A stretch of 64,000 nt of DNA from assembly GCA_963828255.1 (NCBI GenBank), contig CAWHDZ010000017.1, forward strand, positions 145,150 through 209,149, written 5' to 3'. A program made the translations under genes and the position numbers. This DNA comes from an uncultured delta proteobacterium (GTDB lineage Bacteria; Myxococcota; Myxococcia; Myxococcales; Anaeromyxobacteraceae). Below the pieces are notes generated by a model. It was given only the letters and a program-made list of their open reading frames with translations. It made no database searches and was not told the origin of the DNA. Positions 1 to 9,296 of this stretch are shown in pieces (position 1 is the stretch's first letter; every line of letters begins with the position of its first letter).

Positions 1-114
1 CGGAGTCGGAGTCGGAGTCGGAGTCGGAGTCGGAGTCGGAGTCGGAGTCGGAGTCGGAGTCGGAGTCGGAGTCGGAGTCGGAGTCGGAGTCGGAGTCGGA
101 GTCGGAGTCGGAGT
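1..114. repeat. Perfect hexamer tandem repeat (CGGAGT)19, truncated by the window start
   Basis: 19 consecutive exact CGGAGT copies read directly; the minus strand would read Thr-Pro repeats. Confidence 0.98.
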
Positions 115-122
115 TCGTGTTC

Positions 123-256
123 CGGCTCCCTTTCGGGTGGGGCCTGCCTGGAGGCGCACGCCCCGCGCCAGCCCGCGGTCCTTCGCGTGTGGATCCCGCG
201 TCGGGCTGTCACGGCGCCTGCGCCGGATGGGGCAAACCCCACCCGCAAAGGAGCCG
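123..256 (+). promoter_or_regulatory. Long imperfect hairpin leader covering the RBS of the four-helix-bundle gene
   Basis: 123-142 CGGCTCCCTTTCGGGTGGGG pairs with 237-256 CCCCACCCGCAAAGGAGCCG; nested pairs 153-158/219-224 and 169-175/202-208; AAGGAG at 248-253 lies in the 3' arm. Confidence 0.6.
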
Positions 257-259
257 CAG

Positions 260-583
260 ATGGCCTTCATCGCATTCGAAACCTCGCTCGAGCTCATCCG
301 GTCGCTGGACCAGCCTCTCGCCATCCTCGACCGGCGCGACACGGACCTCGCCAGGCAGCTGAGGCGCGCAGCGGCCTCGGTCTCCCTGAACCTCAGCGAA
401 GGCAATCGGCGCAACGGCAAGGACCGCATCCACCTGTGGCGGGTGGCTGCCGGAAGCGCGGACGAGGTCGCCGCTGGCCTGCGCGTCGCGGAGGCCTTCG
501 GCTACCTGCAGGCCACCGCCATCGCGAAGTCCCTCGCGCTCACCGACCGCCTGCTGGCGATCATCTGGCGCCTGACGCATTGA
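260..583 (+). CDS. Four helix bundle protein (23S rRNA intervening-sequence protein / Avd-like family)
   Basis: 107 aa with LARQLRRAAASVSLNLSEG...AAGSADEV family motif; AAGGAG RBS before ATG 260. Confidence 0.88.
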   Translation: MAFIAFETSLELIRSLDQPLAILDRRDTDLARQLRRAAASVSLNLSEGNRRNGKDRIHLWRVAAGSADEVAAGLRVAEAFGYLQATAIAKSLALTDRLLAIIWRLTH

Positions 584-634
584 CGACGCAGGAGATGCGC
601 TCGCATCGCCCACGGACCACGGTCACGGCCCGCC

Positions 635-3600
635 CTACGCCGCCGCCGACCTGCTGCTCCCGGAAAGCCTCACCGACACCAGCTTCGACACCCCCGGCTC
701 CTCCATCGTCACCCCGTACAGCGTGTCCACCGTCTCCATGGTCCGCTTGTTGTGGGTGATGAGGATGAACTGCGAGGCCTTCGCCATCTCCTTCACCAGC
801 TCGTTGTACCGGCCGACGTTCGCATCGTCGAGCGGCGCGTCCACCTCGTCGAGCAGGCAGAACGGCGACGGCTTGATGAGGTAGATCGCGAAGATGAGGC
901 TCACGGCCGTGAGCGCCTTCTCCCCGCCCGACAGCAGATTGATGTTCTGCAGCTTCTTCCCCGGTGGCTGGGCGAAGATCTCCACTCCCCCCTGCTGGTC
1001 GTCCCCGTCCTCGGTGAGCACGAGCCCGGCCCGCCCGCCGTTGAACAGCCGCGGGAAGACCTGCTGGAACTTCTCGTTCACCCGGTCGAAGGTCTCGCGG
1101 AACCGCTCGCGCGAGGCCCGGTTGATCTTCCCGATGGCCTTGTGCAGGTCGGAGAGGGACGACTCGAGGTCGCCCTTCTGCTCGGACAGGAAGGCGTGCC
1201 GCCGGGCCAGGTCGTCGTACTCCTCGATGGCGGTGAGGTTGATGGCTCCCATCCGGTCGGCCTGCGACTTGAGATCATCCAGCCGCCGCCGCTCGGCCTC
1301 GCCGGGTGGGCGCTCGGCGTGGAAGCGGAGCAGCTCGTCCCGCAGCTCGGCCTGGCAGCGCTCGCGGATCTGCTCCTCGAGGTGGCTGAGCTCGAGCGCC
1401 TGCTCGCGCGCCGTGAGCGCGGCGTCGCCGGCAGCCTGGGTGATGGCCTCGGCCCGCTTGCGCAGCTCGCGGGCCTCCGCGTCGGCGGCGCGGGCCTTGG
1501 CGACGGCGTCCTGGTGGGCGGAGCGCTCGGCGAGCAGCACCTCCTGGACCCGGAGCAGCTCCTCCGCCAGCCGGGCGCCGTCTCCTCGGGCTCCCTCCAT
1601 GCGGTCCCGGAGGTCGGAGGCGCGGGCATTGCCCTCGGAAAGGGCCCCGTAGAGCCGCTCGCGCCGCTCCTCGGCCGCGACCTGCGCCTCCTCGACGCGG
1701 CGGAGCGACTCGCCGATCCCGTCGCGCCGCTCCCGCTCGGAGGCCACCTTGACCTTCACGGCCAGGACCTCGGCCTGCAACGACTCGGCGCGCCGGCTCA
1801 GGTCGTCGAGCCGCCCGGAAGCCTCGCGGGCCCGCTCCTCGTGGCGTGACCGGTCGGCCTCGGCCGTGGCGGCCCCGACCTGGTGCGACTCCTCCTCGCG
1901 GGAGAGCCCGGACAGCGCGTCCTCCATGGAGCCACGCTCGACCTCGAGCTGGGCGACGCGACCGGAGACCCGCTCGAGCTCCTCGCCGAGCCGGGCCAGG
2001 TCCTTCTCCTGGGTGAGGAGCGCCAGGTCCTTCTCCCGGTTGTCCCGGTCGATGGTCTTGAGCGCCGACTCGAGCTGGAGGAGGCGCGACTGCAGCGCGC
2101 GGTGGCGCTCCTGGGCCATCGAGAAGTCGGCCTCGAAGGACCTCACCGTGTCGATGAGCTCCTGCACCTCGCGCCTTCGCTGCAGGGCGCCGTGCCCCTC
2201 GCCCTCGAGCGGGCCTCCCGTCACCACGCCGTGCGGGTCGAGGACCTCCCCGTCCAGGGTGACGAGCGTCCCCGCGCCGCCGCCCGACTGCCAGATCTCG
2301 AGCGCGCTCGAGAGGTCGCGGACGATGGCGGCGTCGCCGAGGAGGAAGCGGGCCAGCCGCTCGTAGGCCGGGTCGAACCGGACCACGTCGAGGCAGCCGG
2401 CGACGAAGCCGGGGTGGGAGCGGTCGGGGGTGGCTGCTGCAGCCTCGCCGTCCCGGAGGCGCAGGAGCGGGATGAGCGAGGCGCGCCCCTCGGCGGCGCT
2501 CTTCAGCCAGTCGATGGCCTCGACCCCCTGGCTGTGGCTCTCCACGATGACGAACTGGAGCCGCTCGCCGAGCACCGCCTCCACGGCGTTCTCGTACTCG
2601 GCGGGGACGGTCATGACGTCGGCGACGAGCCCCATGACGCCGTTCTCGGCCCCCTCGGCTGCCCTGGCCCGGGTCATCAGGCTGCGCACCCCGCGGCCGT
2701 ATCCCTCGTAGTTGCGCATCACCTCCTGCAGCGACTGCAGGCGGGCGCGCCGGTCGGAGAGCTCCTCGCGCAGGGTGATGAGCCGCGCCTCGTTCTGGAT
2801 GAACTCGGAGCGGGTGCGGTCGAGCAGCCCTTCCTGCGCGCCGCGCTGCTCCTCGAGGTGGAGCTTCAGCTGCCGGGTCTTGCCCAGATTCTCCACGTGG
2901 GCCGAGCGGGAGCCGTCGAGCGACGTGCCGCGCGCGGCCAGCTCGTCGATCTCGGCGCGGAGGCGGGCCAGCCGGGCCTGGAGGTCGGCGCGCTGCCGCT
3001 CCACCTGCGCGAGCGCGCTGCGCCGGGCCGCGGCACGGCCGTGGGCCTCCCCGGCCTGGGACCGGGCCGTCTCGGCCTGGCCGGCCAGCCCGGCCTGCTC
3101 CGTCGCCACCTCGCGCAGGGCCGACTCCAGCTCCGCCAGGCGGGCCTCGTCGGTCCCCGAGAGGCTGGCCAGCTCGTCGCGCTGCCGCAGGAGCGCGTCC
3201 CGCTCGGCCGCGAGCGCGTCCGCCTGGACCTTGAGCCCCTCGACCTCGGAGGCCTGCCCACGGGAGCGCTCGGCGATCTGGTCGAGCTCGCGCCCGGCGG
3301 CCTCGGTGGAGACGGCCGAGACCCGCTCCTGGCTCTCCAGCTCGTGCTCCCGGTCGGAGAGCTGCTGCAGGGTGAGCTCGCGCTCGGCCAGCAGCGTCCG
3401 GTCGGCCTCCAGGGCCAGGTCGATCTGGGCCAGACGCGCCGAGATCTCCGCCTCGTCGCCGCGGGCCGCCGCGTGGCGCTCCTCGGCCTCCCGGCGCCCC
3501 ACCGTCAGCTCCAGCCAGCGGGTGGCGCCCACGTGCAGCTCGAGCTCGCGGATCTCCGCCTTCAGCGCCCGGTACTTCTCGGCCTTGCGGGCCTGCCGGT

Positions 3601-4228
3601 TGAGCGAGTCGAGCTGCTTGCCCAGCTCGGAGACGATGTCGGTGACCCGCTCCAGGTTGTGGCGGGTGGCCTCCATCTTCCGCTCGGCGGCCTCGCGCCG
3701 CCGCTGGTACTTGGTGATCCCGGCCGCCTCCTCGATCACGCCGCGCCGGTCCTGGGCGCGGGCCGAGACGATCTGGCCGATGCGCCCCTGCTCGATGATC
3801 GAGTAGGCGGTGCGGCCGACGCCGGAGCCGAAGAAGATGTCGTTCACGTCGAGCAGGCGCGCCGGGGCCCGGTTGACGAGGTAGTCGGACTCGCCGGTGC
3901 GGTACAGCCTGCGGCCCACGGTGATCTCGGAGAGGGCGCGGAAGGCCGGAGGGAGCTCGGCCGGGCGGTCGTTCTCGAAGGTGAGGGTGACCTCGGCGAA
4001 GGAGAGCGGGGGCTTCGACTCCGACCCGTTGAAGATCACGTCCTCCATGGAGCGGCCGCGGAGGCGCAGCGCCGACTGCTCGCCGAGGACCCAGCGGATG
4101 GCGTCGGCGACGTTGGACTTGCCGCAGCCGTTCGGCCCGACGACGCCGGTCACGCCTTCGTCGAAGACGACGACCGTCCGGTCCATGAACGACTTGAAGC
4201 CCACCATCTCCAGACGACGGATCCGCAT
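635..4228 (-). CDS. smc: Chromosome segregation protein SMC
   Basis: MRIRRLEMVGFKSF start, Walker A GPNGCGKSN, coiled coils, hinge, LSGGE signature, LLDEVDAPLD Walker B. Confidence 0.97.
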   Translation of the reverse strand: MRIRRLEMVGFKSFMDRTVVVFDEGVTGVVGPNGCGKSNVADAIRWVLGEQSALRLRGRSMEDVIFNGSESKPPLSFAEVTLTFENDRPAELPPAFRALSEITVGRRLYRTGESDYLVNRAPARLLDVNDIFFGSGVGRTAYSIIEQGRIGQIVSARAQDRRGVIEEAAGITKYQRRREAAERKMEATRHNLERVTDIVSELGKQLDSLNRQARKAEKYRALKAEIRELELHVGATRWLELTVGRREAEERHAAARGDEAEISARLAQIDLALEADRTLLAERELTLQQLSDREHELESQERVSAVSTEAAGRELDQIAERSRGQASEVEGLKVQADALAAERDALLRQRDELASLSGTDEARLAELESALREVATEQAGLAGQAETARSQAGEAHGRAAARRSALAQVERQRADLQARLARLRAEIDELAARGTSLDGSRSAHVENLGKTRQLKLHLEEQRGAQEGLLDRTRSEFIQNEARLITLREELSDRRARLQSLQEVMRNYEGYGRGVRSLMTRARAAEGAENGVMGLVADVMTVPAEYENAVEAVLGERLQFVIVESHSQGVEAIDWLKSAAEGRASLIPLLRLRDGEAAAATPDRSHPGFVAGCLDVVRFDPAYERLARFLLGDAAIVRDLSSALEIWQSGGGAGTLVTLDGEVLDPHGVVTGGPLEGEGHGALQRRREVQELIDTVRSFEADFSMAQERHRALQSRLLQLESALKTIDRDNREKDLALLTQEKDLARLGEELERVSGRVAQLEVERGSMEDALSGLSREEESHQVGAATAEADRSRHEERAREASGRLDDLSRRAESLQAEVLAVKVKVASERERRDGIGESLRRVEEAQVAAEERRERLYGALSEGNARASDLRDRMEGARGDGARLAEELLRVQEVLLAERSAHQDAVAKARAADAEARELRKRAEAITQAAGDAALTAREQALELSHLEEQIRERCQAELRDELLRFHAERPPGEAERRRLDDLKSQADRMGAINLTAIEEYDDLARRHAFLSEQKGDLESSLSDLHKAIGKINRASRERFRETFDRVNEKFQQVFPRLFNGGRAGLVLTEDGDDQQGGVEIFAQPPGKKLQNINLLSGGEKALTAVSLIFAIYLIKPSPFCLLDEVDAPLDDANVGRYNELVKEMAKASQFILITHNKRTMETVDTLYGVTMEEPGVSKLVSVRLSGSSRSAAA

Positions 4229-4284
4229 CTGGCCGGGATAGCACGCCCCCAGGGACCTTTCAATACGTGACACTACATGCAGGG

Positions 4285-5232
4285 TCAGTAGGCGGCGGGG
4301 CGCGCCATGGGCTTCCCGATCGTCCCGTAGATCTGGAATCCATAGCCGCCGTCCTTCCCCTTGGCGGACGCCAGCCCGGCCTCGACGAGAGGCTTCAGCG
4401 GGGCGGCCTGCTCGTTCCGCCAGAAGCTCTCGGTGGGGCGAAGCCGGGCCCGGCCGGAGATCGCCGAGTGCTCGAAGCGCGGCTGGAGCTGGACGAACAC
4501 CTGCTCGGCGGAGAAGTCGACGTCGTCCCCCTTCGACTCGAGCGTCCCGAACTCGGCCCGCCCGCCCTTCACCGTGCCCCGCGCCGCCATGGAGCCGAGC
4601 TTCACCGGCGGTGCGGTGAGCCCCCCGTCCATGCCCGGCACCGGGATCTTTCCTCCCCGGATGGCCCCGTCCTTCACCTGGAAGTCGATGTCGCCGGTGC
4701 TCTTCGAGGGGTCCTTCGGGTCGAGGGTCACGTCGAGGCTGCCGGAGAGGATCCCGGCCAGGTCGAGACCGGTGGCGGCCCGGATCACGCCGGCCCGCGA
4801 GAGGTCGATGCCGGTGACCCGGGCCTGGTAGCGCTCGGCCGTCTTGCTCACCTCGGTGAAGCCGACCACGCGCCCGTCGAAGATGGAGGCGTCGAAGGAG
4901 AAGGAGCGGCGCCCCAGCATCGTCGGCCAGAGGCGCAGCCCCACGCTCAGCTGGTCGAACGGGATGCGGGTCCCGTCGGCGGTGGTCACGGTGACCTCGC
5001 GCGCCCGGACTCCCACCAGGCCGGATGGCGAGAGGTCGTTCACCTTCACCTGGTAGCCCCTGGCGGCCGCGTCCAGGATGAACCGCTCCCGCACCGCCTC
5101 GACGGGGAAGGTGAAGCGCAGCGCCAGCACGAAGGCGAACGCGAAGAAGGCCGAGTAGGCCGCCGTCCGCCGCCACCCGGTGAGCTTCCACTTCCGGGGA
5201 TCGACGTTCCAGGTACGCGGGTCGAGATTCAC
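4285..5232 (-). CDS. gspN: Type II secretion system protein N (deltaproteobacterial type)
   Basis: N-terminal TM followed by FTFP motif and beta-rich body; last gene of gsp operon. Confidence 0.8.
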   Translation of the reverse strand: MNLDPRTWNVDPRKWKLTGWRRTAAYSAFFAFAFVLALRFTFPVEAVRERFILDAAARGYQVKVNDLSPSGLVGVRAREVTVTTADGTRIPFDQLSVGLRLWPTMLGRRSFSFDASIFDGRVVGFTEVSKTAERYQARVTGIDLSRAGVIRAATGLDLAGILSGSLDVTLDPKDPSKSTGDIDFQVKDGAIRGGKIPVPGMDGGLTAPPVKLGSMAARGTVKGGRAEFGTLESKGDDVDFSAEQVFVQLQPRFEHSAISGRARLRPTESFWRNEQAAPLKPLVEAGLASAKGKDGGYGFQIYGTIGKPMARPAAY

Positions 5233-5241
5233 GTCGTCCTC

Positions 5242-5796
5242 CTAGGTCTTCAGCTGCCAGGTCGAGACTTGAAGGGTGACGTCCACGAGCTTGGGGTCGT
5301 CGTTCCGGGTGGCGACCCGGATCTTCCGGACCCTGACCACGCCGGGGCCGCGCTCCAGCGTGTCGATGAGCCTGGCCAGGCGGGGGAGGTCGATGCGCGC
5401 CAGGTTCACCTCCACGTTCTCCTCGGTCAGGCCGTCGGTGGTGCTGGGCGTCCCGGGGCGGAGGTCGTTCACCTCCACGCCGCTCTGGGCCCCGGTCTGC
5501 GACACGAAGCTCATGAGCTGGACCGGCGGTCCCTTGAGCCGGGCCTCCAGCGACTGCCGCTCGGCCTGGGCCTGCCGGTAGCCGCGGGTGAGCTTTCCGA
5601 TCTGGGCCAGCATCTCGGTCTTCGACTCGATGCGCTTCTCGCGTGCGGTGATGGATCGGGAGACGCCGGTGGTGACCAGGAAGAGGACGAAGAGGGCCAC
5701 GGCGGCCGCCGCCGCCGACACCAGCACCCGCTCGCGCGGGGAGAGGCGGGCCAGGAAGGCTTCCAGGCTGGCCCGGAGCCGGTTCAGGGTTTCCAT
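5242..5796 (-). CDS. gspM: Type II secretion system protein M
   Basis: LSPRERVL + TM + coiled coil + ferredoxin-like C-terminus; lies between gspL and gspN. Confidence 0.85.
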   Translation of the reverse strand: METLNRLRASLEAFLARLSPRERVLVSAAAAAVALFVLFLVTTGVSRSITAREKRIESKTEMLAQIGKLTRGYRQAQAERQSLEARLKGPPVQLMSFVSQTGAQSGVEVNDLRPGTPSTTDGLTEENVEVNLARIDLPRLARLIDTLERGPGVVRVRKIRVATRNDDPKLVDVTLQVSTWQLKT

Positions 5797-5798
5797 GA

Positions 5799-7376
5799 TC
5801 AGCCCTTCCCACCGGGCGCCGGGGCGCCCTCGCAGGTGATGTCGGCGTCCACCGTGAACTCGAACTTCTGCTCGGTGCCCCGCTTGCGCGCCCCGCCCGA
5901 TCGGGCGTCGCCGAAGCAGCGGGACCCGCGCAGGGCGGCCACGATCTTGTCCACGTTCTCGGCGACGTCGGTGGTCCCCTGGAGGTGCAGCTTCTCCCGG
6001 GTGATCTCGATCCGGTCGAAGCGGAGCTGGACCTCGGGCGAGCGGGCCGCCAGCTCGGCCAGCACGCCGGCCGCCGAGATCCGGGGGATGGACGCGCCCA
6101 CCGTTCCCCGGCCGCGCAGGACCGACTCCGCCATGGCGAAGTCGTCGAAGCACTTGCCCACCACCTTCTGGGTCACCTCGCACATCGACCTGTCGAGGAG
6201 CTTCTCCTGCCGGTTGAGCGCCACCACCTTGACCACCGAGGAGACCACGGCGAGGAGGAGGACCAGCGACGTGTAGACCGCCACCCGCTGCAGCCGGTCG
6301 CGGACGTCCTGGGTGGAGCGGGTGCTGGCCAGGTCGCCCCGGCGCAGGTTGAGCCTCTGGAACCGCGGCCCCAGCCAGCCACGCAGCGCCAGCGCGAGCG
6401 GGAGCGCGAAGCGGGGCGCGTCCTCGGCCGGGATGGCGTCGGCGGCCGTCCCGGCGAGGCGCAGCGGCTCGGTGGGGATCCCCAGCTCCTCGCCCACCAC
6501 GGAGGCGAGTCCAGGCCAGGTGGCGGCGCCGCCGGCGAGGCGCACGCGGACCACCGGCCGGCGCGACGGGCGGGCCTCGAAGGCGTGCAGGGTGGCCCTG
6601 AGCTCGCGGACCAGCGGACCGAGCGCGCCCCGCAGCACCGCTTCCCCTTCCGGCCCGGCCAGCCAGGCCGGGAGCCCGTCGTCGAGCACCACCTCGTCGG
6701 GGTTCCGGCCGGAGGAGCGGGCGGCGGCGCGCAGCAGCGTCGAGCCGCCCGACGCGAAGGTTCGCGCGAAGAGGCAGCGCCCCTCCGACACGACGCAGGC
6801 GTGGGTCCGGTCGGCTCCCACGTCCACCGCGAGCTCGGCCTCGCCGGCCGCGGCCGGGTCGGCCACGGCGCCTGCCGCCCAGAGGGCCGCCAGGACGGGT
6901 CCTCCGGGGGTCACCACCGCCGGGTCCATGCCCACGCGGGCCAGGTCGGCGATGCAGGCCGTGAGCTCCCCCCGGCGGACCACGCCGACGAAGAGGTCGG
7001 AGTGGTCGGGCTGGGACTCCAGCACCTGCCAGTCCCAGGCGACCTGGTCGAGGTCGAAGGGGATGGCGGCCTCCACCTCGTAGAGCACGGTCTGCTCGAT
7101 GCGGCGGGAGTCGGTGAAGGGGAGGGTGACGAGGTGGGAGGCGGCCGCGCCCGGCAGGGAGGCCACCGCGGCGACGTCCGGAGGCCAGCCGCGCTCCGCC
7201 AGCAAGGCGGCCACGGCGCCGGACATGCGCTCCCCTCCCGGCGGGCCGCCCTCCTCCGCGGGTGGGATGGGCGTCTCCGCCCTCCCGTTCACGGTGAAGC
7301 CGCGCAGCGTGGTCTCGAGCAGCACCGCCTTGACGCGCCGCGATCCGAGGTCGAGTCCGAGAATGGGATGGGACAT
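5799..7376 (-). CDS. gspL: Type II secretion system protein L (PilM-like actin fold + TM + PilN-like)
   Basis: ILGLDLGSRRVK start, VDVGAD motif, single TM, operon position. Confidence 0.85.
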   Translation of the reverse strand: MSHPILGLDLGSRRVKAVLLETTLRGFTVNGRAETPIPPAEEGGPPGGERMSGAVAALLAERGWPPDVAAVASLPGAAASHLVTLPFTDSRRIEQTVLYEVEAAIPFDLDQVAWDWQVLESQPDHSDLFVGVVRRGELTACIADLARVGMDPAVVTPGGPVLAALWAAGAVADPAAAGEAELAVDVGADRTHACVVSEGRCLFARTFASGGSTLLRAAARSSGRNPDEVVLDDGLPAWLAGPEGEAVLRGALGPLVRELRATLHAFEARPSRRPVVRVRLAGGAATWPGLASVVGEELGIPTEPLRLAGTAADAIPAEDAPRFALPLALALRGWLGPRFQRLNLRRGDLASTRSTQDVRDRLQRVAVYTSLVLLLAVVSSVVKVVALNRQEKLLDRSMCEVTQKVVGKCFDDFAMAESVLRGRGTVGASIPRISAAGVLAELAARSPEVQLRFDRIEITREKLHLQGTTDVAENVDKIVAALRGSRCFGDARSGGARKRGTEQKFEFTVDADITCEGAPAPGGKG

Positions 7377-7378
7377 GG

Positions 7379-8629
7379 TCAGTCCTCGCGCCAGTGGATG
7401 AGCCGCCCCAGGTCCGACTGGAGCTGCCCGGCGCGGTCGTCCATCGTGACCACCGCGTCGATGGTCCTCTCCACTCCGCCGGCGCGGCCGGTGGCGCGGA
7501 TGAGGAATGTGTTCGAGGTGTTGCCGAAGGGGCTGCGGGTGTCGGTGTTCTGCGCCTGGACGTAGACGGGCTGGAGCTTCAGGCCCAGGGCCTGGAGGAC
7601 GGTGGCGAACTGCTGGACGGTGATGGTCATGAAGGGGAGCGGCCGGACCAGGCGCAGCGCCAGGGAGAGCTTCTGGGCGAAGGCGGGGTCGAGGAGCGGG
7701 GGCTGGGGCACGCCCGGGGGCGACGACATGAGCAGCGCGTTCACCAGGATCTGCTCCGGGTCGGTGGTGTTGACGTTGATGGTGGCGTTGACGTCCGGGT
7801 ACACCGTCAGCTGATCCCCGAACGCGCCCATGAAGGCGTCGCCGATACCGGCCACCATGTGGAGCTCGTCGAGCGAGTCGAAGCGTGCGTTCTTGGCCCG
7901 GTAGCGATCCTCCCCGCGGTCGTAGTACTGGTTCTCGTCGCCGAAGCCCTTCTCGAAGGGGGCCAGCGGGTTGAGCCCCACGGTGCTGGTGGTGGCGTCC
8001 TCGTCGGCCCAGTCCCGGAGCGCCACGGCCACGTCCCTCCGGGAGAGCCGGTTGCCCAGGTCGTCCTCCTTGTCGAAGAGCACGTCGTAGCCCGGGTCGC
8101 GCAGGGCCAGCAGCAGGCGCTGCAGCTGGGGTCCGGCCACCGTGGAGAGGCCGGCCAGCTGCGCCACGTTCACCTTTCGCTCCTCGTCCTCGATGGTGGC
8201 CTGGAAGCCCTCGTCGGCCTTGCCCCGGGCGGTGGACGTCGGGCCGGTCCCGAGCAGGAGGGCCATGGTCGTGTCGTCCACGGGGATGGCGTCCCAGAGC
8301 CGGAAGGAGAAGGAGCCCTGGCTGGCCGCCGCCGGGAGCGCCCCGGCGCCGCCCTGGGCGGCCTGCACCCCGGCCATGACCTGCCCCGCCGCGCCACCGG
8401 CCTGGTCGAGCCGCTGCTGGAAGTGGAGCACCAGCCGGGAGAGGGCCACCGCCGCCCGGGCCTGGTGCGAGGCGCGCAGCTCGTCGCGGGCGTTGGCGGC
8501 GATCTGGAGCGACACGCGGGTGTCGTAGGCCAGCTCCGTCGCCATCACGGTGACGACGGCCACCACCATGAGGACCAGGAGGAGGGCGGCTCCGCGCTCG
8601 CGGCGCGCTCTGTGGGCGGGGGCGGTCAT
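7379..8629 (-). CDS. gspK: Type II secretion minor pseudopilin K
   Basis: RGAALLLVLMVVAV prepilin-like N-terminus; IEDEERKVNV, DWADED and INVNT motifs. Confidence 0.9.
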   Translation of the reverse strand: MTAPAHRARRERGAALLLVLMVVAVVTVMATELAYDTRVSLQIAANARDELRASHQARAAVALSRLVLHFQQRLDQAGGAAGQVMAGVQAAQGGAGALPAAASQGSFSFRLWDAIPVDDTTMALLLGTGPTSTARGKADEGFQATIEDEERKVNVAQLAGLSTVAGPQLQRLLLALRDPGYDVLFDKEDDLGNRLSRRDVAVALRDWADEDATTSTVGLNPLAPFEKGFGDENQYYDRGEDRYRAKNARFDSLDELHMVAGIGDAFMGAFGDQLTVYPDVNATINVNTTDPEQILVNALLMSSPPGVPQPPLLDPAFAQKLSLALRLVRPLPFMTITVQQFATVLQALGLKLQPVYVQAQNTDTRSPFGNTSNTFLIRATGRAGGVERTIDAVVTMDDRAGQLQSDLGRLIHWRED

Positions 8630-8630
8630 C

Positions 8631-9296
8631 CTAGAAGTCCATGGGGCGGATGATGGCGATGCGGGCCTGGGTCTCGAAGGTCCGGTTCTTCCCGTCCGGC
8701 ATCTTCAGGGTGAGCTTCATCTTGACACGGGGAGGCAGGAGCGGCCGGTCCCCCGGTGCGGTGGACCAGTCCCGGACCCACTCCTGCTTCGGCCAGTCCC
8801 AGTACTCCACGTCGAAGCCCACGACGTGGTGGAGCAGGAGCGACTTCACGCCCCCCCGGTCGGGCTCGTCGTCGATGCGCAGCTTCTCGCGCCGGAAGAG
8901 CGCCTGCCCGCCAGGCACGTCCGGGTCGGAGTCCATGGAGTACTCCACCACCGACTGGTCCGACTCCCGTGCGTCCCGGATGGCGCGGGTGTGCGCCATG
9001 GTCGCGAAGAGGAGGGTGTCGCGGTCGCCGCCGTCGCGCCCCTTGAACACCGTGGGCCGGTCGCGGAAACGCTGCCGGTCGAAGTGCTCGGAGAGGAAGG
9101 CGGAGGAGATGTCGCGCGCCATGCGCCCGAGCGCGGCACGGGCGCCGCCGATGCGCTCGTCCTGCTCCTCCACCGACTGCCGGGCGGCCGCGGAGCGGGA
9201 GAAGGCGCCCAGCGCCATGGCGCCGATCACGGCCGTGATGCCCATGGCGATGAGCACCTCGATCAGGGTGAAGCCCCGCTGGCGGCGGGCGCTCAC
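8631..9296 (-). CDS. gspJ: Type II secretion minor pseudopilin J
   Basis: RGFTLIEVLIAM N-methylation motif; operon order. Confidence 0.88.
   Translation of the reverse strand: MSARRQRGFTLIEVLIAMGITAVIGAMALGAFSRSAAARQSVEEQDERIGGARAALGRMARDISSAFLSEHFDRQRFRDRPTVFKGRDGGDRDTLLFATMAHTRAIRDARESDQSVVEYSMDSDPDVPGGQALFRREKLRIDDEPDRGGVKSLLLHHVVGFDVEYWDWPKQEWVRDWSTAPGDRPLLPPRVKMKLTLKMPDGKNRTFETQARIAIIRPMDF

Noticed and set aside
1..114. CRISPR array
   Set aside because: Contiguous hexamers with no spacers; no cas genes seen in the window
231..245. 15-nt identity GGCAAACCCCACCCG shared with rnpB (about 57579-57593)
   Set aside because: Short, with no flanking similarity; plausible chance match
229..256. 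GGCAAAC...CGCAAAG resemblance to a c-di-GMP-I riboswitch
   Set aside because: Lacks the GNRA-capped P2 stem and spacing; better explained as the 3' arm of the long inverted repeat
260..583. Diversity-generating retroelement or 23S rRNA intervening sequence
   Set aside because: No reverse transcriptase, TR/VR pair or rRNA sequence in the window
635..5812. 1725-aa extended SMC ORF
   Set aside because: The upstream part overlaps gspM/gspN in another frame; the real SMC begins at ATG 4228
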